Shown here in pieces: positions 1 to 9,313 of a stretch of DNA of 55,127 bases. The notes beneath the pieces are model-generated. The model had not been told where the DNA came from. It did no database searches and saw only the letters and a list, made by a program, of their open reading frames with translations. The translations under genes were made by a program, and so were the position numbers. The stretch is taken from positions 1-55,127 of IMG/VR virus record IMGVR_UViG_3300023179_004109; one strand, written 5' to 3'. Each line of letters starts with the position of its first letter. The stretch's first letter is position 1. Origin of the DNA: a virus. Its lineage: Duplodnaviria > Caudoviricetes.

Positions 1-74
1 GATGTCCTCTCTCCAAGAAGGTGTTCAGTCCAGCAGGCCCAGACGCATGTCCTGATAAAAAATGGAAACAATAA
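1..74 (+). CDS. 3' end of a small Cys-rich phage protein (partial)
   Basis: Frame 3 reads ...CPLSKKVFSPAGPDACPDKKWKQ* with TAA at 72-74. The C-x-CP..KW ending is typical of small phage Zn-binding proteins. Confidence 0.6.
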   Translation, partial: CPLSKKVFSPAGPDACPDKKWKQ

Positions 75-84
75 AATAAAGACT

Positions 85-360
85 ATGTCAGAATCAACAA
101 AACAGCTAACAGCTGAAGAACTACAAAGCATTAAAGATCTACAACAACAATACAATAAATTTGTATTTGAATTGGGTAGTATTGAAGCACAACTACAAGC
201 GTTACTAGCTCAAAAAACACGTATCGAAACCGAAAAAGACAATATCATTAGCGATATTACTAAATTAGGTGATAGAGAAAGAGAAGTAGTAACAGCATTA
301 CAAGAAAAATATGGCGTAGGGAATATTAATCCCGAGACTGGTGAAATTACCGCATTTTAA
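85..360 (+). CDS. hypothetical coiled-coil protein
   Basis: 91-aa ORF with heptad-like L/I/E/Q pattern, directly upstream of the sheath gene. Confidence 0.7.
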   Translation: MSESTKQLTAEELQSIKDLQQQYNKFVFELGSIEAQLQALLAQKTRIETEKDNIISDITKLGDREREVVTALQEKYGVGNINPETGEITAF

Positions 361-394
361 TTAAATAACCTCTGCGTTTTGTATGGTTCTATGG

Positions 395-402
395 ATATTT
401 AT
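395..402 (+). promoter_or_regulatory. ATATTTAT box, candidate phage late promoter upstream of the sheath gene
   Basis: The same 8-mer recurs in intergenic gaps at 2478, 3059, 4112, 6611, 19650, 29875 and 40162. Confidence 0.5.
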
Positions 403-445
403 TACTAGGTAATCCTAATAATAAAAATCTAAACAACTATACAAA

Positions 446-2461
446 ATGAGCGAGGTAATCCTTAGTCCTGGAGTATTCCAGATCGAATCAGACCAAAGTC
501 TATACACACAAGCACCACAAGTACTTGGAGCCGCTATAGTAGGTCCAACTGTAAGTGGTCGTCCATATGTACCAACATATGTTACTACATACAGTCAATA
601 CTTATCACTATTCGGTGATGATTTTAAAAGTGGCAGTTATTATTACGAATATTTCACATCACTAGCAGCAAAAGAATACTTTAATAATGGTGGCCAAACA
701 CTATTAGTAACTAGAATCATTAGTGGTTCAGCTAATATTGGTACTTATGCTACAGCAATTCCAATTGCTATTAGTACCTTAACCAATGGTATCGCTGCTT
801 CAGCGTCTTTAAATTTAACTAATGCTGCTACTGCTCAACATTCGGCTTCTATCAACGGAACCTATACTTTAAGTTTATCTGGATCATCTGTACAGGATGT
901 TTATAATAGACTTACAGGTTCAGCAGCTTATAGTGCTATTTCTAGTAGTGTTGTTAGTGCTTCATTTTCAACTCCAAATATAATATTTACTGCTATTCCT
1001 AAAGGAACAATAGGTAATATATACAATGTTGTTTCAGGAAGTACAACAACTAATTTTGCAGGTGGTGGTAATGATATTAGTTCATTTACACTTGAAGCAT
1101 TATCTTGGGGTGATCAATTAAATAACCAATCTACATCATCTATAAACGGTGCTTTAGCTAGTGGTTCAATGTCAAATGTACGTTGGGAAGTAACTAACGT
1201 AAATAGTGGTAGTAATGGTGGTACATTTACAATCATAATACGTCGTGGTGATGATAACCAATCTCAAAAGAATATCTTAGAAACATGGGCAAACGTAAGT
1301 TTAGACCCACAATTACCTAACTACATCTCTCGCGTTATTGGTGATTTGAAACCAGTATATAACGTTGCAAATGGATATGTAGATTATCAAGGTACATATG
1401 CTAACGCTTCTCAATACGTTCGTGTATCAGCAGTAACTACTCCAAACGTCGATTCAATTGACAATAACGGTAACTTTAAAACTGGATCATATGCTAATAC
1501 TTTACCATTAGTAGGAAGTGGTTCATATGGTGGTGGTTTTATAGGAGGAGTTGCAGATACAAATGTAGCAAAATTAATGAATGAAAATATTACCTCAACA
1601 AACATTCAAGGATTTGCACCGGCTGATTACAATACAGCATTTACATTATTATCGAATAGAGACGAATATCAATTTAACGTATTAATGGCACCAGGAATTG
1701 GATTAGATTGCTCTGCTGCTGCAAATATGATTGCATGTGTTGAAGGTAGAGGAGATGCAATTGCTATTACAGGCGCGGGAGTATATGGTACCTCAATTAC
1801 AGGTGCTACAACTAATGCTGCTGGTCAATCAAGTAACTACGCCGCAACTTACTATCCATGGATTCAATTATATTCAACACAATTAGGTAAAGTTGTATGG
1901 TGTCCACCATCAACAGTAATCGGTGGTGTATTAGCATTCAACGACCAAGTAGGTGCTGAATGGTTTGCTCCAGCAGGTTTAAACAGAGGTGGTGTTCCAT
2001 CAGTAGTACGTGCAGAACGCAGATTACAACAAACAGATAGAGATACATTATACACAGGAAACGTTAACCCATTAGCTACATTCCCAGGAACTGGAGTTTG
2101 TGTTTGGGGTCAGAAAACATTACAACGTAAACCAACAGCATTAGATCGCGTAAACGTTCGTCGTTTATTGATTGCATTGAAAGGATACATTGGTGAAGTT
2201 TCACGTAACTTGGTATTTGAACAAAATACAACTGTAACAAGAAATAGTTTCTTAGCTAGAGTTAATCCATACTTAGAATCAGTAGTACAACGTCAAGGTT
2301 TGTATGCTTACAAAGTAGTAATGGATGATACAAATAACACAGCTGATGTAGTAGATCGTAACCAATTGGTAGGTCAAATCTATATTCAACCAACAAAAAC
2401 TGCTGAGTTTATTATCTTGAACTTCAACATATTACCAACTGGCGCTACATTCCCTGCATAA
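446..2461 (+). CDS. contractile tail sheath protein
   Basis: N-terminal SPGV motif; C-terminal sheath core WFAPAGLNRG, NPLATFPG, VWGQKTL, RVNVRRLL, IYIQPTKTAEFIILNF. Confidence 0.95.
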   Translation: MSEVILSPGVFQIESDQSLYTQAPQVLGAAIVGPTVSGRPYVPTYVTTYSQYLSLFGDDFKSGSYYYEYFTSLAAKEYFNNGGQTLLVTRIISGSANIGTYATAIPIAISTLTNGIAASASLNLTNAATAQHSASINGTYTLSLSGSSVQDVYNRLTGSAAYSAISSSVVSASFSTPNIIFTAIPKGTIGNIYNVVSGSTTTNFAGGGNDISSFTLEALSWGDQLNNQSTSSINGALASGSMSNVRWEVTNVNSGSNGGTFTIIIRRGDDNQSQKNILETWANVSLDPQLPNYISRVIGDLKPVYNVANGYVDYQGTYANASQYVRVSAVTTPNVDSIDNNGNFKTGSYANTLPLVGSGSYGGGFIGGVADTNVAKLMNENITSTNIQGFAPADYNTAFTLLSNRDEYQFNVLMAPGIGLDCSAAANMIACVEGRGDAIAITGAGVYGTSITGATTNAAGQSSNYAATYYPWIQLYSTQLGKVVWCPPSTVIGGVLAFNDQVGAEWFAPAGLNRGGVPSVVRAERRLQQTDRDTLYTGNVNPLATFPGTGVCVWGQKTLQRKPTALDRVNVRRLLIALKGYIGEVSRNLVFEQNTTVTRNSFLARVNPYLESVVQRQGLYAYKVVMDDTNNTADVVDRNQLVGQIYIQPTKTAEFIILNFNILPTGATFPA

Positions 2462-2476
2462 GGGATGTAGTTCTTT
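2444..2476 (+). terminator. hairpin / putative intrinsic terminator after the sheath gene
   Basis: GCTACATTCCCT-GCATA-AGGGATGTAGT followed by TCTTT. Confidence 0.45.
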
Positions 2477-2510
2477 AATATTTATTAATAGATAAAAAAC
2501 ACAACATAAA

Positions 2511-2999
2511 ATGGCAGTATTAAATCCAAATGAAATCATGTTTACAGCGTTTGAACCTAAGGTTGCAAATCGCTTTATCATGTATATAGACGGTATTCCC
2601 GCATACTTAATTAAAAAAGCTAATGCTCCTGGATTTGATGCCAGTGAGATTACATTAGATCACATTAACGTTTACCGTAAAATTAAAGGTAAAGTTAAAT
2701 GGAACGACATAACAATGGAATTGTATGATCCAATCACTCCAAGTGGTGCACAATCTGTAATGGAATGGGCTCGTTTGGCACATGAATCAGTAACAGGCCG
2801 TGATGGTTATTCCGATTTTTACAAGAAAGATCTTACTTTAAACGTTTTAGGACCAGTAGGCGATATCGTTGGAGAGTGGATTATCAAAGGAGCTTATGTT
2901 AAAACAGCTACATTTGGTGATTATGATTGGGCAACAGGTGATGCAGCTATTTCACTTAGTGTAACAGTTGCTATGGATTATTGCGTATTGAATTTCTAG
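2511..2999 (+). CDS. tail tube protein (T4 gp19-like)
   Basis: 162 aa, directly after the sheath gene; FEPK..NRF, GKVKWNDITMELYD, YKKDLTLNVLGPVGDIVGEWIIKGA pattern. Confidence 0.9.
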   Translation: MAVLNPNEIMFTAFEPKVANRFIMYIDGIPAYLIKKANAPGFDASEITLDHINVYRKIKGKVKWNDITMELYDPITPSGAQSVMEWARLAHESVTGRDGYSDFYKKDLTLNVLGPVGDIVGEWIIKGAYVKTATFGDYDWATGDAAISLSVTVAMDYCVLNF

Positions 3000-3016
3000 A
3001 ATCTTATACAATTTTA

Positions 3017-3052
3017 AGAAAAGCGTTTACCTATTTGGTAAGCGCTTTCTTT
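3017..3052 (+). terminator. putative intrinsic terminator after the tail tube gene
   Basis: Inverted repeat AAGAAAAGCGTTTACC-TATTT-GGTAAGCGCTTTCTT with a T-rich tail. Confidence 0.55.
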
Positions 3053-3091
3053 CTGCATATATTTATATACGAACAAAAATAAAATAAGTTT

Positions 3092-3850
3092 ATGGCTGAA
3101 TTAAATTTACCAACAGAAATAGTTACATTACCATCAAAAGGTTTATTGTATCCTAAAGACTCACCACTTTCCAAAGGCGAAATTGAAATGAAATATATGA
3201 CGGCTAAGGAAGAAGATATCCTTACCAACAGCAATTTCATTCGTCAAGGTACAGTAATAGACAAACTATTACAAGCATTAATCGTTACAAAAATCAACTA
3301 CGATGAATTATTAATCGGCGATAAAAATGCTATACTTATCGCAGCTCGCATACTTGGATATGGTGCTGATTACTCGTTTAAATATACCAACGAACGCGGA
3401 CAAGAAACAGAAGCAAGTGTTGATTTATCAACATTAGATGAAAAACCAATAGACGAATCTTTATTTACAGCGGGTGTAAATGATTTTACTTTTAGTTTAC
3501 CTAAATCAAGTAATACTATTACGTTTAAGTTATTAACACACGGTGATGAAAAAAAGATTGAAGCTGAAATTAAAGGATTACAAAAACTAAACCCAAATAG
3601 TTCATCCGATGTAACAACTCGTATGAAATATATGATTACATCAATAAATGGTGATAGAGAAGCAAAAGCAGTACGCGACTTCGTAGATAACTACTTACTA
3701 GCACCAGACGCTAGAGCATTACGTGAATACTACGCTAAAGTACAACCAGATATTAACCTTAAGTTTATGCCTGACGATGAAAATTATACAGGGGAGGGTA
3801 TAGCGATTCCAATTTCGCTTAACTTTTTTTGGCCTGACTCCGGAGTATAG
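3092..3850 (+). CDS. baseplate hub / tail assembly chaperone (T4 gp26-like)
   Basis: LPSKG..YP and MTAKEEDIL motifs; ends NFFWP; lies between the tube and tape measure genes. Confidence 0.8.
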   Translation: MAELNLPTEIVTLPSKGLLYPKDSPLSKGEIEMKYMTAKEEDILTNSNFIRQGTVIDKLLQALIVTKINYDELLIGDKNAILIAARILGYGADYSFKYTNERGQETEASVDLSTLDEKPIDESLFTAGVNDFTFSLPKSSNTITFKLLTHGDEKKIEAEIKGLQKLNPNSSSDVTTRMKYMITSINGDREAKAVRDFVDNYLLAPDARALREYYAKVQPDINLKFMPDDENYTGEGIAIPISLNFFWPDSGV

Positions 3851-4100
3851 ACCACATCTATTTAAACAAATACATGAAATTGTATTTCATGGTGGTGGGG
3901 GTTATGATTGGGAAACCGTCTATAATATGCCATTATGGTTGCGTCGTACTACATTTAATTTATTAAATGAACATTTTAATAAACAAAATGAAGAAACTGA
4001 AAAGCAACAAAATATGCTAAAAAATAATAAATCTAGCAAAGAGATATCACGCCCCAATATTGCTAATCCAACCTATACCGCGAAGGTCCCACGAAAGTAG
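3825..4100 (+). CDS. frameshift-accessed C-terminal extension of the tail chaperone (gp51/GT-like), absent from the ORF track
   Basis: Frame 3 is open 3804-4100 with no ATG/GTG/TTG until ATG 3927. It overlaps the T7 run (3824-3830) at the end of the upstream ORF and reads FFGLTPEYRPHLFKQIHEIVFHGGGGYDWETVYNMPLWLRR... Confidence 0.7.
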   Translation, partial: FFGLTPEYRPHLFKQIHEIVFHGGGGYDWETVYNMPLWLRRTTFNLLNEHFNKQNEETEKQQNMLKNNKSSKEISRPNIANPTYTAKVPRK

Positions 4101-4107
4101 GGCCTTC
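4082..4107 (+). other. GAAA-tetraloop stem-loop over the stop codon of the chaperone extension
   Basis: GAAGGTCCCAC-GAAA-GTAGGGCCTTC, with one mismatch and one G-U pair. Confidence 0.4.
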
Positions 4108-4137
4108 CCTTATATTTATACTATATACTAATATAAT

Positions 4138-6603
4138 ATGGCAGACCCAACAGCAGAAGATATAAAAAGACTAGCCGAACAACAGGCAAAATTTAATGCT
4201 GAGATGAATAAAACTCAAGATTTACTTGAGTCTATAGATAATATCATAAGCGATAATCTTACTAAAAGCTTAGAAGATAGTCTTAAAGCGACTAGAGCCT
4301 TAAATACTGATTTTTCTTCTGGGATAGACATCACTAAACGACTATCAGAAGCTCAAAAGAAATCAACTAGAGAGATAGAAGAACTAGAATTTCAAAGAAG
4401 TAGAAATTTAGCAAAACAAGCTAATACTAGAAAAGGAGAAAAATTAGAAGAATTATTAGCTGAAAAACGTATATTAGATGCTCAATTAAAAATAATTAAT
4501 AATAATGATAACAATTTGCGCTCTCTTCAAAATGCTATTGAGGTTGAAAAACAAATTGCTGCTGAAAAAGAAAAAGCAACAGAAGAATTAAAAAAACAAA
4601 ATAGTTTAGCTAATGTTATTAAAAATGCAGCTAAAGATACTTTTAAAGATTATACAAAATTATTTTCAGTAGCTGGTATCTTCCAAACAATAGTAGAGGG
4701 AGCATTACGATTTGATAAAACATCAGCAGAGATAGGAAAAAATATAGGTTATGGAGCAGGTCAGGCTGGATTGATGGCTGCCAAAATGCAAGGGATTGCT
4801 TTAAGTTCAAGTAACATAAACGTTACTATGAAAAATGCATCCGAAGCTATGGGTGAATTAAATGCAGCTACTGGACTTGTAGCTAACTATTCAAAAGATA
4901 CTTTAGTAACACAGATAATGTTAACCAAGCAATTTGGTTTAACAGGAGAAGAAGCAGCAGGAATATATAAATTTTCAGTTCTAACAGGAAAATCATCTGA
5001 AAAAGTTAATGATGAAATGGTGGGTGCCTTCGTAGCAACCAGAAATGCATCAAAAGTAGGGGTTGATTTTAAAAAAACAATGGCCGAAGCTTCAAAAGTA
5101 TCAGGCCAATTAGCAGCAAACCTACAAAATAACCCAGCAAAAATTGTAGCGGCCGTAGTGCAGATGAAAGCATTAGGTACTTCATTAGAACAAACAAAAA
5201 ATCAAGGTGCTTCTCTTTTAAACTTTGAATCATCTATTAGTAAAGAATTAGATGCTGAGTTATTAACTGGTAAGCAATTAAATCTTGAAAAAGCAAGAGC
5301 AGCTGCATTATCTGGTGATCAAGTAACATTAGCAGAAGAATTAAATAAAAATGTAGGTACATTAGCTGATTATCAAAAAATGAATGTACTACAGCAAGAT
5401 GCATTAGCAGACGCTGTAGGTTTAACATCAGATCAATTAGCAGATCAGTTAGCTAAACAAAAATTAGCTCAAGAAAGTGGAAAATCATTAGCACAAATAA
5501 CTAAAGAAGAGGCATTAGAAGCACAAAAGCGACAAGATATACAAAAGAAGTTTAATGTTCTTTTAGAAAAAGTACAAGACTTAATAGGCAATATAGGAGT
5601 ATTATTTCAACCAGTTTTATTTGTTCTTGGAAAAATAACAGATAACGCTTTTGTATTTTATGGTTTACTAGCATTAATACTAGCAAGAACTAAATTACTA
5701 GGAACTTCTTTTACAGGAGTAGGAAGTAGTTTTAAAGGAATACTAGGAAAAATAACAGGAAAAGGAGGGGTTGGAGGAGCTGGAGTAGAAGATGCAGCAA
5801 AATCAACAGCTGATGTTGGCGGAAAAGCAGGAGCAGGTGGACCTAAAGCAGGAGAAGGAATTAAAAATACACTTAAAGGAATATCATCTGGTATTTCTTC
5901 ATTTAGTAAAGTTAGTCCGGCTGATATAGCTAAATTAGCATTTTCAGCTTTAGCCTTAGTAGCTTTAACCCCGGCAATCCCTGCTTTATTATTATTACAA
6001 TTAGTAAATGGAAAATTAATACAGAGTGCATTAACTGGAGTAGGGAAGGGATTAGCAGCATTTGGAAAAGCAGTATCAGCAGCAGCTCCGGAAATTCTAA
6101 TAGGTGAATTATTATTAGCAGGATTAGGATTATCATTAATGACATTTGTTCCTATTATTGAAGCTGTGGGTAAGGTTGTAGTTAATGTCTTCACCGCAAT
6201 AGCAGATGGAGTATCTTCTATAATAACTAGTATAGGAGATGTAGCTGCTAAATTAGGTGAAATTACACCTATGTTATTATTATTAGGCCCTGCTTTATTT
6301 GGGGTAGCAGCAGGTTTAGGAGCTATGGCTTTATCTTCTTTCTTTGCTATGCCTGTTATAGGGGCTTTAACCGCACTAGGTTTAGTAGCACCAGCTTTAT
6401 CGGCTTTAGGTATTGGTGGTGGTGGTGGTACAAAAGAAGAAGGAATTAAAGGAGCTATATCACCCGATTCAACGGCAATGATTGCAGCTATTAATGAAGT
6501 AAGAGATGCTATAAATAAATTATATAGTAAAGATTCATCAGTTCACATAGATGGTAAAAAAGTAGGTACCACATTAGCTCAAGGTTCACATAAAGTAGCG
6601 TAA
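4138..6603 (+). CDS. tail tape measure protein
   Basis: 821 aa; helical Ala/Leu/Lys-rich N-terminus, hydrophobic Gly/Ala-rich C-terminal half; position after the chaperone. Confidence 0.85.
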   Translation: MADPTAEDIKRLAEQQAKFNAEMNKTQDLLESIDNIISDNLTKSLEDSLKATRALNTDFSSGIDITKRLSEAQKKSTREIEELEFQRSRNLAKQANTRKGEKLEELLAEKRILDAQLKIINNNDNNLRSLQNAIEVEKQIAAEKEKATEELKKQNSLANVIKNAAKDTFKDYTKLFSVAGIFQTIVEGALRFDKTSAEIGKNIGYGAGQAGLMAAKMQGIALSSSNINVTMKNASEAMGELNAATGLVANYSKDTLVTQIMLTKQFGLTGEEAAGIYKFSVLTGKSSEKVNDEMVGAFVATRNASKVGVDFKKTMAEASKVSGQLAANLQNNPAKIVAAVVQMKALGTSLEQTKNQGASLLNFESSISKELDAELLTGKQLNLEKARAAALSGDQVTLAEELNKNVGTLADYQKMNVLQQDALADAVGLTSDQLADQLAKQKLAQESGKSLAQITKEEALEAQKRQDIQKKFNVLLEKVQDLIGNIGVLFQPVLFVLGKITDNAFVFYGLLALILARTKLLGTSFTGVGSSFKGILGKITGKGGVGGAGVEDAAKSTADVGGKAGAGGPKAGEGIKNTLKGISSGISSFSKVSPADIAKLAFSALALVALTPAIPALLLLQLVNGKLIQSALTGVGKGLAAFGKAVSAAAPEILIGELLLAGLGLSLMTFVPIIEAVGKVVVNVFTAIADGVSSIITSIGDVAAKLGEITPMLLLLGPALFGVAAGLGAMALSSFFAMPVIGALTALGLVAPALSALGIGGGGGTKEEGIKGAISPDSTAMIAAINEVRDAINKLYSKDSSVHIDGKKVGTTLAQGSHKVA

Positions 6604-6642
6604 TATTTCAATATTTATATCAAACAATAAAACAATACAATC

Positions 6643-6984
6643 ATGCCAGTAATTGACCAATTATCAAAAAGCAACTTAAGCTTAGCAGGTAACGGATTTA
6701 ATCCACAACCAAACAGTGCTGCTTGGGGATACATAGATGCCTCATCAAACTTAGACCCAGCCGCTAGTAGCTTACAAAATACATACTCTGTAAACAGTAC
6801 ACCAAATGTTAAGTTAAAAGACTTCAACAAAAACGGTGTAACTACAGTTAAAGCTGAATCTAGATTAGACGAATTAGATCCAAACGCTCCAAAATTACAA
6901 CCAAGAGGAGTAGTATCTCAAGCATATAAATCAAAATCAGGTCTTACATATAAAGACTTAGGACCAGCAGGCGGACGTTACTAA
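6643..6984 (+). CDS. hypothetical virion-module protein
   Basis: 113-aa ORF within the tail module, preceded by an ATATTTAT box. Confidence 0.65.
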   Translation: MPVIDQLSKSNLSLAGNGFNPQPNSAAWGYIDASSNLDPAASSLQNTYSVNSTPNVKLKDFNKNGVTTVKAESRLDELDPNAPKLQPRGVVSQAYKSKSGLTYKDLGPAGGRY

Positions 6985-6994
6985 TACTATATAA

Positions 6995-9004
6995 ATGGGT
7001 TCGTTATTAAAACTAAAAACAGATCTTAAATCTATTAAGTACGGTCACGATCGTGCTAATGGAGGAAATAGTGGACAACCTTATATTAAAACCGATATTA
7101 ATACAGTTGATAAAGGCATTAATAAGTTAAGATTTGGTAACTTTGATGATGGATTAGTTAGAGGTGGAGTTATAGGCATGTTAAATTCATCAATTACTGA
7201 TACGCTTCGTATTGGTAAATTTCTAACTGATACTCCAAAAGGTCCATTATTCATTGTAAAGCAAGTTGGCTTACAATTATCTAATCCTCGCTTAGAAACT
7301 ATAAAGTTATCTACTCCATCTTCATCTGGATTTTTAGGATCAGTAGCAAAATTATATGATAAGATTAATGATAAAGTAGATCTCGGTCCAACTCGTCTCT
7401 ATAATCTTGGTATTAATACATTAGCACAAGTACCTATTAACGGTATTGGTGGTCATATTGTAAGACATGGCTTACTACCGGTAGCTGATCCAAGCAAATA
7501 TTATGAAGCTGTAGTTACAGCTAATGATGCTAGATTTGGTGAAGGAAAAAATAACAGATTAGTAAAATTAGCTACTAAATTTGGTCTTGGAAACCCAAAC
7601 TACAAAGAAGTTTCAGGCGGCAATAAACTAATTATCGATGATTATATAGGAGGACCAGGATCAGTATATGGTATTGGAACAACACTAATTAACAGAGCTA
7701 AAGATAGAGATACATCAGATAATAGTAGAATTAGAGATGCTTTTAACTATAGTGAATATCAAGCTGGTAAAACAAGAATATCTGGATCTTTAGGAACTGG
7801 AGTAGCCGAAGTAAAAATAAAGAATACAAAAGATTTTAGAATATCCAATATTACGGGTTCAATATATAACCCAACCCCATTTGATAATTCCAAATTTCCA
7901 GAATTAGATGGTTCATTTATAAGCAATGTAGCTAAAAATAATGATACGGGTTCTTATAATAGAAATAGCACATTACCAGAAAGAAAAAATGAAAATGATT
8001 TAGTAAAAAATGGTCCTTCTTCATACCCTGATCCATCAATAACAGGTTCTTTTAAATACACATTACCTTCACTTAATTTAGTATATGGTTCTGGTCCTTT
8101 AGCATCTTATACCCAAATTAAAAAATTAAATCCAAGTGAAAAAACATCTAACTTAGATTACGGTAATACTACTAATAACCCATCAGCTAGTAGTGGAATA
8201 AAAGACCAACGCTCAATAGGTGATCAATTACCTAAATCTTTAAAAAACCCAACATATAAAAATAACTATGGTGATGTAATAACATTTAGAAAGCCATGGA
8301 ATACAATTACACGCGAAATACGAGTTGGTAGTGGACGACAAGATCAAATTAATTTAACTCCTATACTTAATAATATTGAAAATTATGATGGAAGTGATAC
8401 TCAAGGTACTCATAATATACGAGATTTAGTTAAATTTAGAATACAAGCTATAAACACAAATGGTCCTGATTTTGGATCATTAATGGTATTTAGAGCATAC
8501 TTAACAGCAATGTCTGATAGTGTAGATGCAACATGGAATGAAGTAAAATATGCAGGTAGAGGAGATAAATTTTATATATATGATGGCTTTAGTAGAAAAA
8601 TGAGTGTTAGCTTTAAAGTAGCAGCATTATCAGCGAAAGAAATGCAACCAATGTATCAAAAATTAAATTTCTTAATGAGTAATTTAATGCCTGATTATGA
8701 AAATAACTTAATGAGAGGTCCACTTGTTAGAATGACTATAGGTAATTATATTGATGCTCAATTATGCAAATTAGATTCGATATCATATACAATACCTCAA
8801 GATTCACCTTGGGAAATAGCAATAGATGAACCAGAAGGTGGTGAAAAATATTTAATATTACCTCATATTATAGAAGTACAATTAAACTTTACTCCTATTG
8901 GTTCTGAATCTAAAGCACATAATGAGCTACAAAGTAAATCTCAAACTATTTCCCACATTGCTCAAAACAATACAGGAGATATTGTTACTCAATATATAAA
9001 ATAA
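6995..9004 (+). CDS. putative baseplate / tail tube initiator protein
   Basis: C-terminal tube-like domain FRAYLTAMSDSVDATWNEVKYAGRGDKFYIYDGFSRKMSVSF; synteny after the tape measure gene. Confidence 0.6.
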   Translation: MGSLLKLKTDLKSIKYGHDRANGGNSGQPYIKTDINTVDKGINKLRFGNFDDGLVRGGVIGMLNSSITDTLRIGKFLTDTPKGPLFIVKQVGLQLSNPRLETIKLSTPSSSGFLGSVAKLYDKINDKVDLGPTRLYNLGINTLAQVPINGIGGHIVRHGLLPVADPSKYYEAVVTANDARFGEGKNNRLVKLATKFGLGNPNYKEVSGGNKLIIDDYIGGPGSVYGIGTTLINRAKDRDTSDNSRIRDAFNYSEYQAGKTRISGSLGTGVAEVKIKNTKDFRISNITGSIYNPTPFDNSKFPELDGSFISNVAKNNDTGSYNRNSTLPERKNENDLVKNGPSSYPDPSITGSFKYTLPSLNLVYGSGPLASYTQIKKLNPSEKTSNLDYGNTTNNPSASSGIKDQRSIGDQLPKSLKNPTYKNNYGDVITFRKPWNTITREIRVGSGRQDQINLTPILNNIENYDGSDTQGTHNIRDLVKFRIQAINTNGPDFGSLMVFRAYLTAMSDSVDATWNEVKYAGRGDKFYIYDGFSRKMSVSFKVAALSAKEMQPMYQKLNFLMSNLMPDYENNLMRGPLVRMTIGNYIDAQLCKLDSISYTIPQDSPWEIAIDEPEGGEKYLILPHIIEVQLNFTPIGSESKAHNELQSKSQTISHIAQNNTGDIVTQYIK

Positions 9005-9309
9005 TGACACGCTACGACAATAAAACAACATTAAAAACACCAGACGATAAACCGTATTATAAGAGTAAAATTTACCCTACAATACCTCTATCTGAAAATG
9101 ATGTGTATGTTATTACAACAATAGGAGACAGACTTGATTATATGGCTTATACTTATTATCGTGACTCGGAATTATATTGGATCATATCAATAGCAAACAA
9201 TAATGTAACTAAAGGCTCATTATTTCCAATACCAGGAACACAAATGAGGATACCATCTAATGTATCAAGTATAGTAAGTTTATTTAATAAATTCAATGAG
9301 GTAAAATAA
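9004..9309 (+). CDS. LysM-like baseplate wedge protein (gp53 / tail protein X-like)
   Basis: GDRLDYMAYTYYRDSELYWIISIANN...GTQMRIP pattern. Confidence 0.8.
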   Translation: MTRYDNKTTLKTPDDKPYYKSKIYPTIPLSENDVYVITTIGDRLDYMAYTYYRDSELYWIISIANNNVTKGSLFPIPGTQMRIPSNVSSIVSLFNKFNEVK

Positions 9310-9313
9310 TGTT

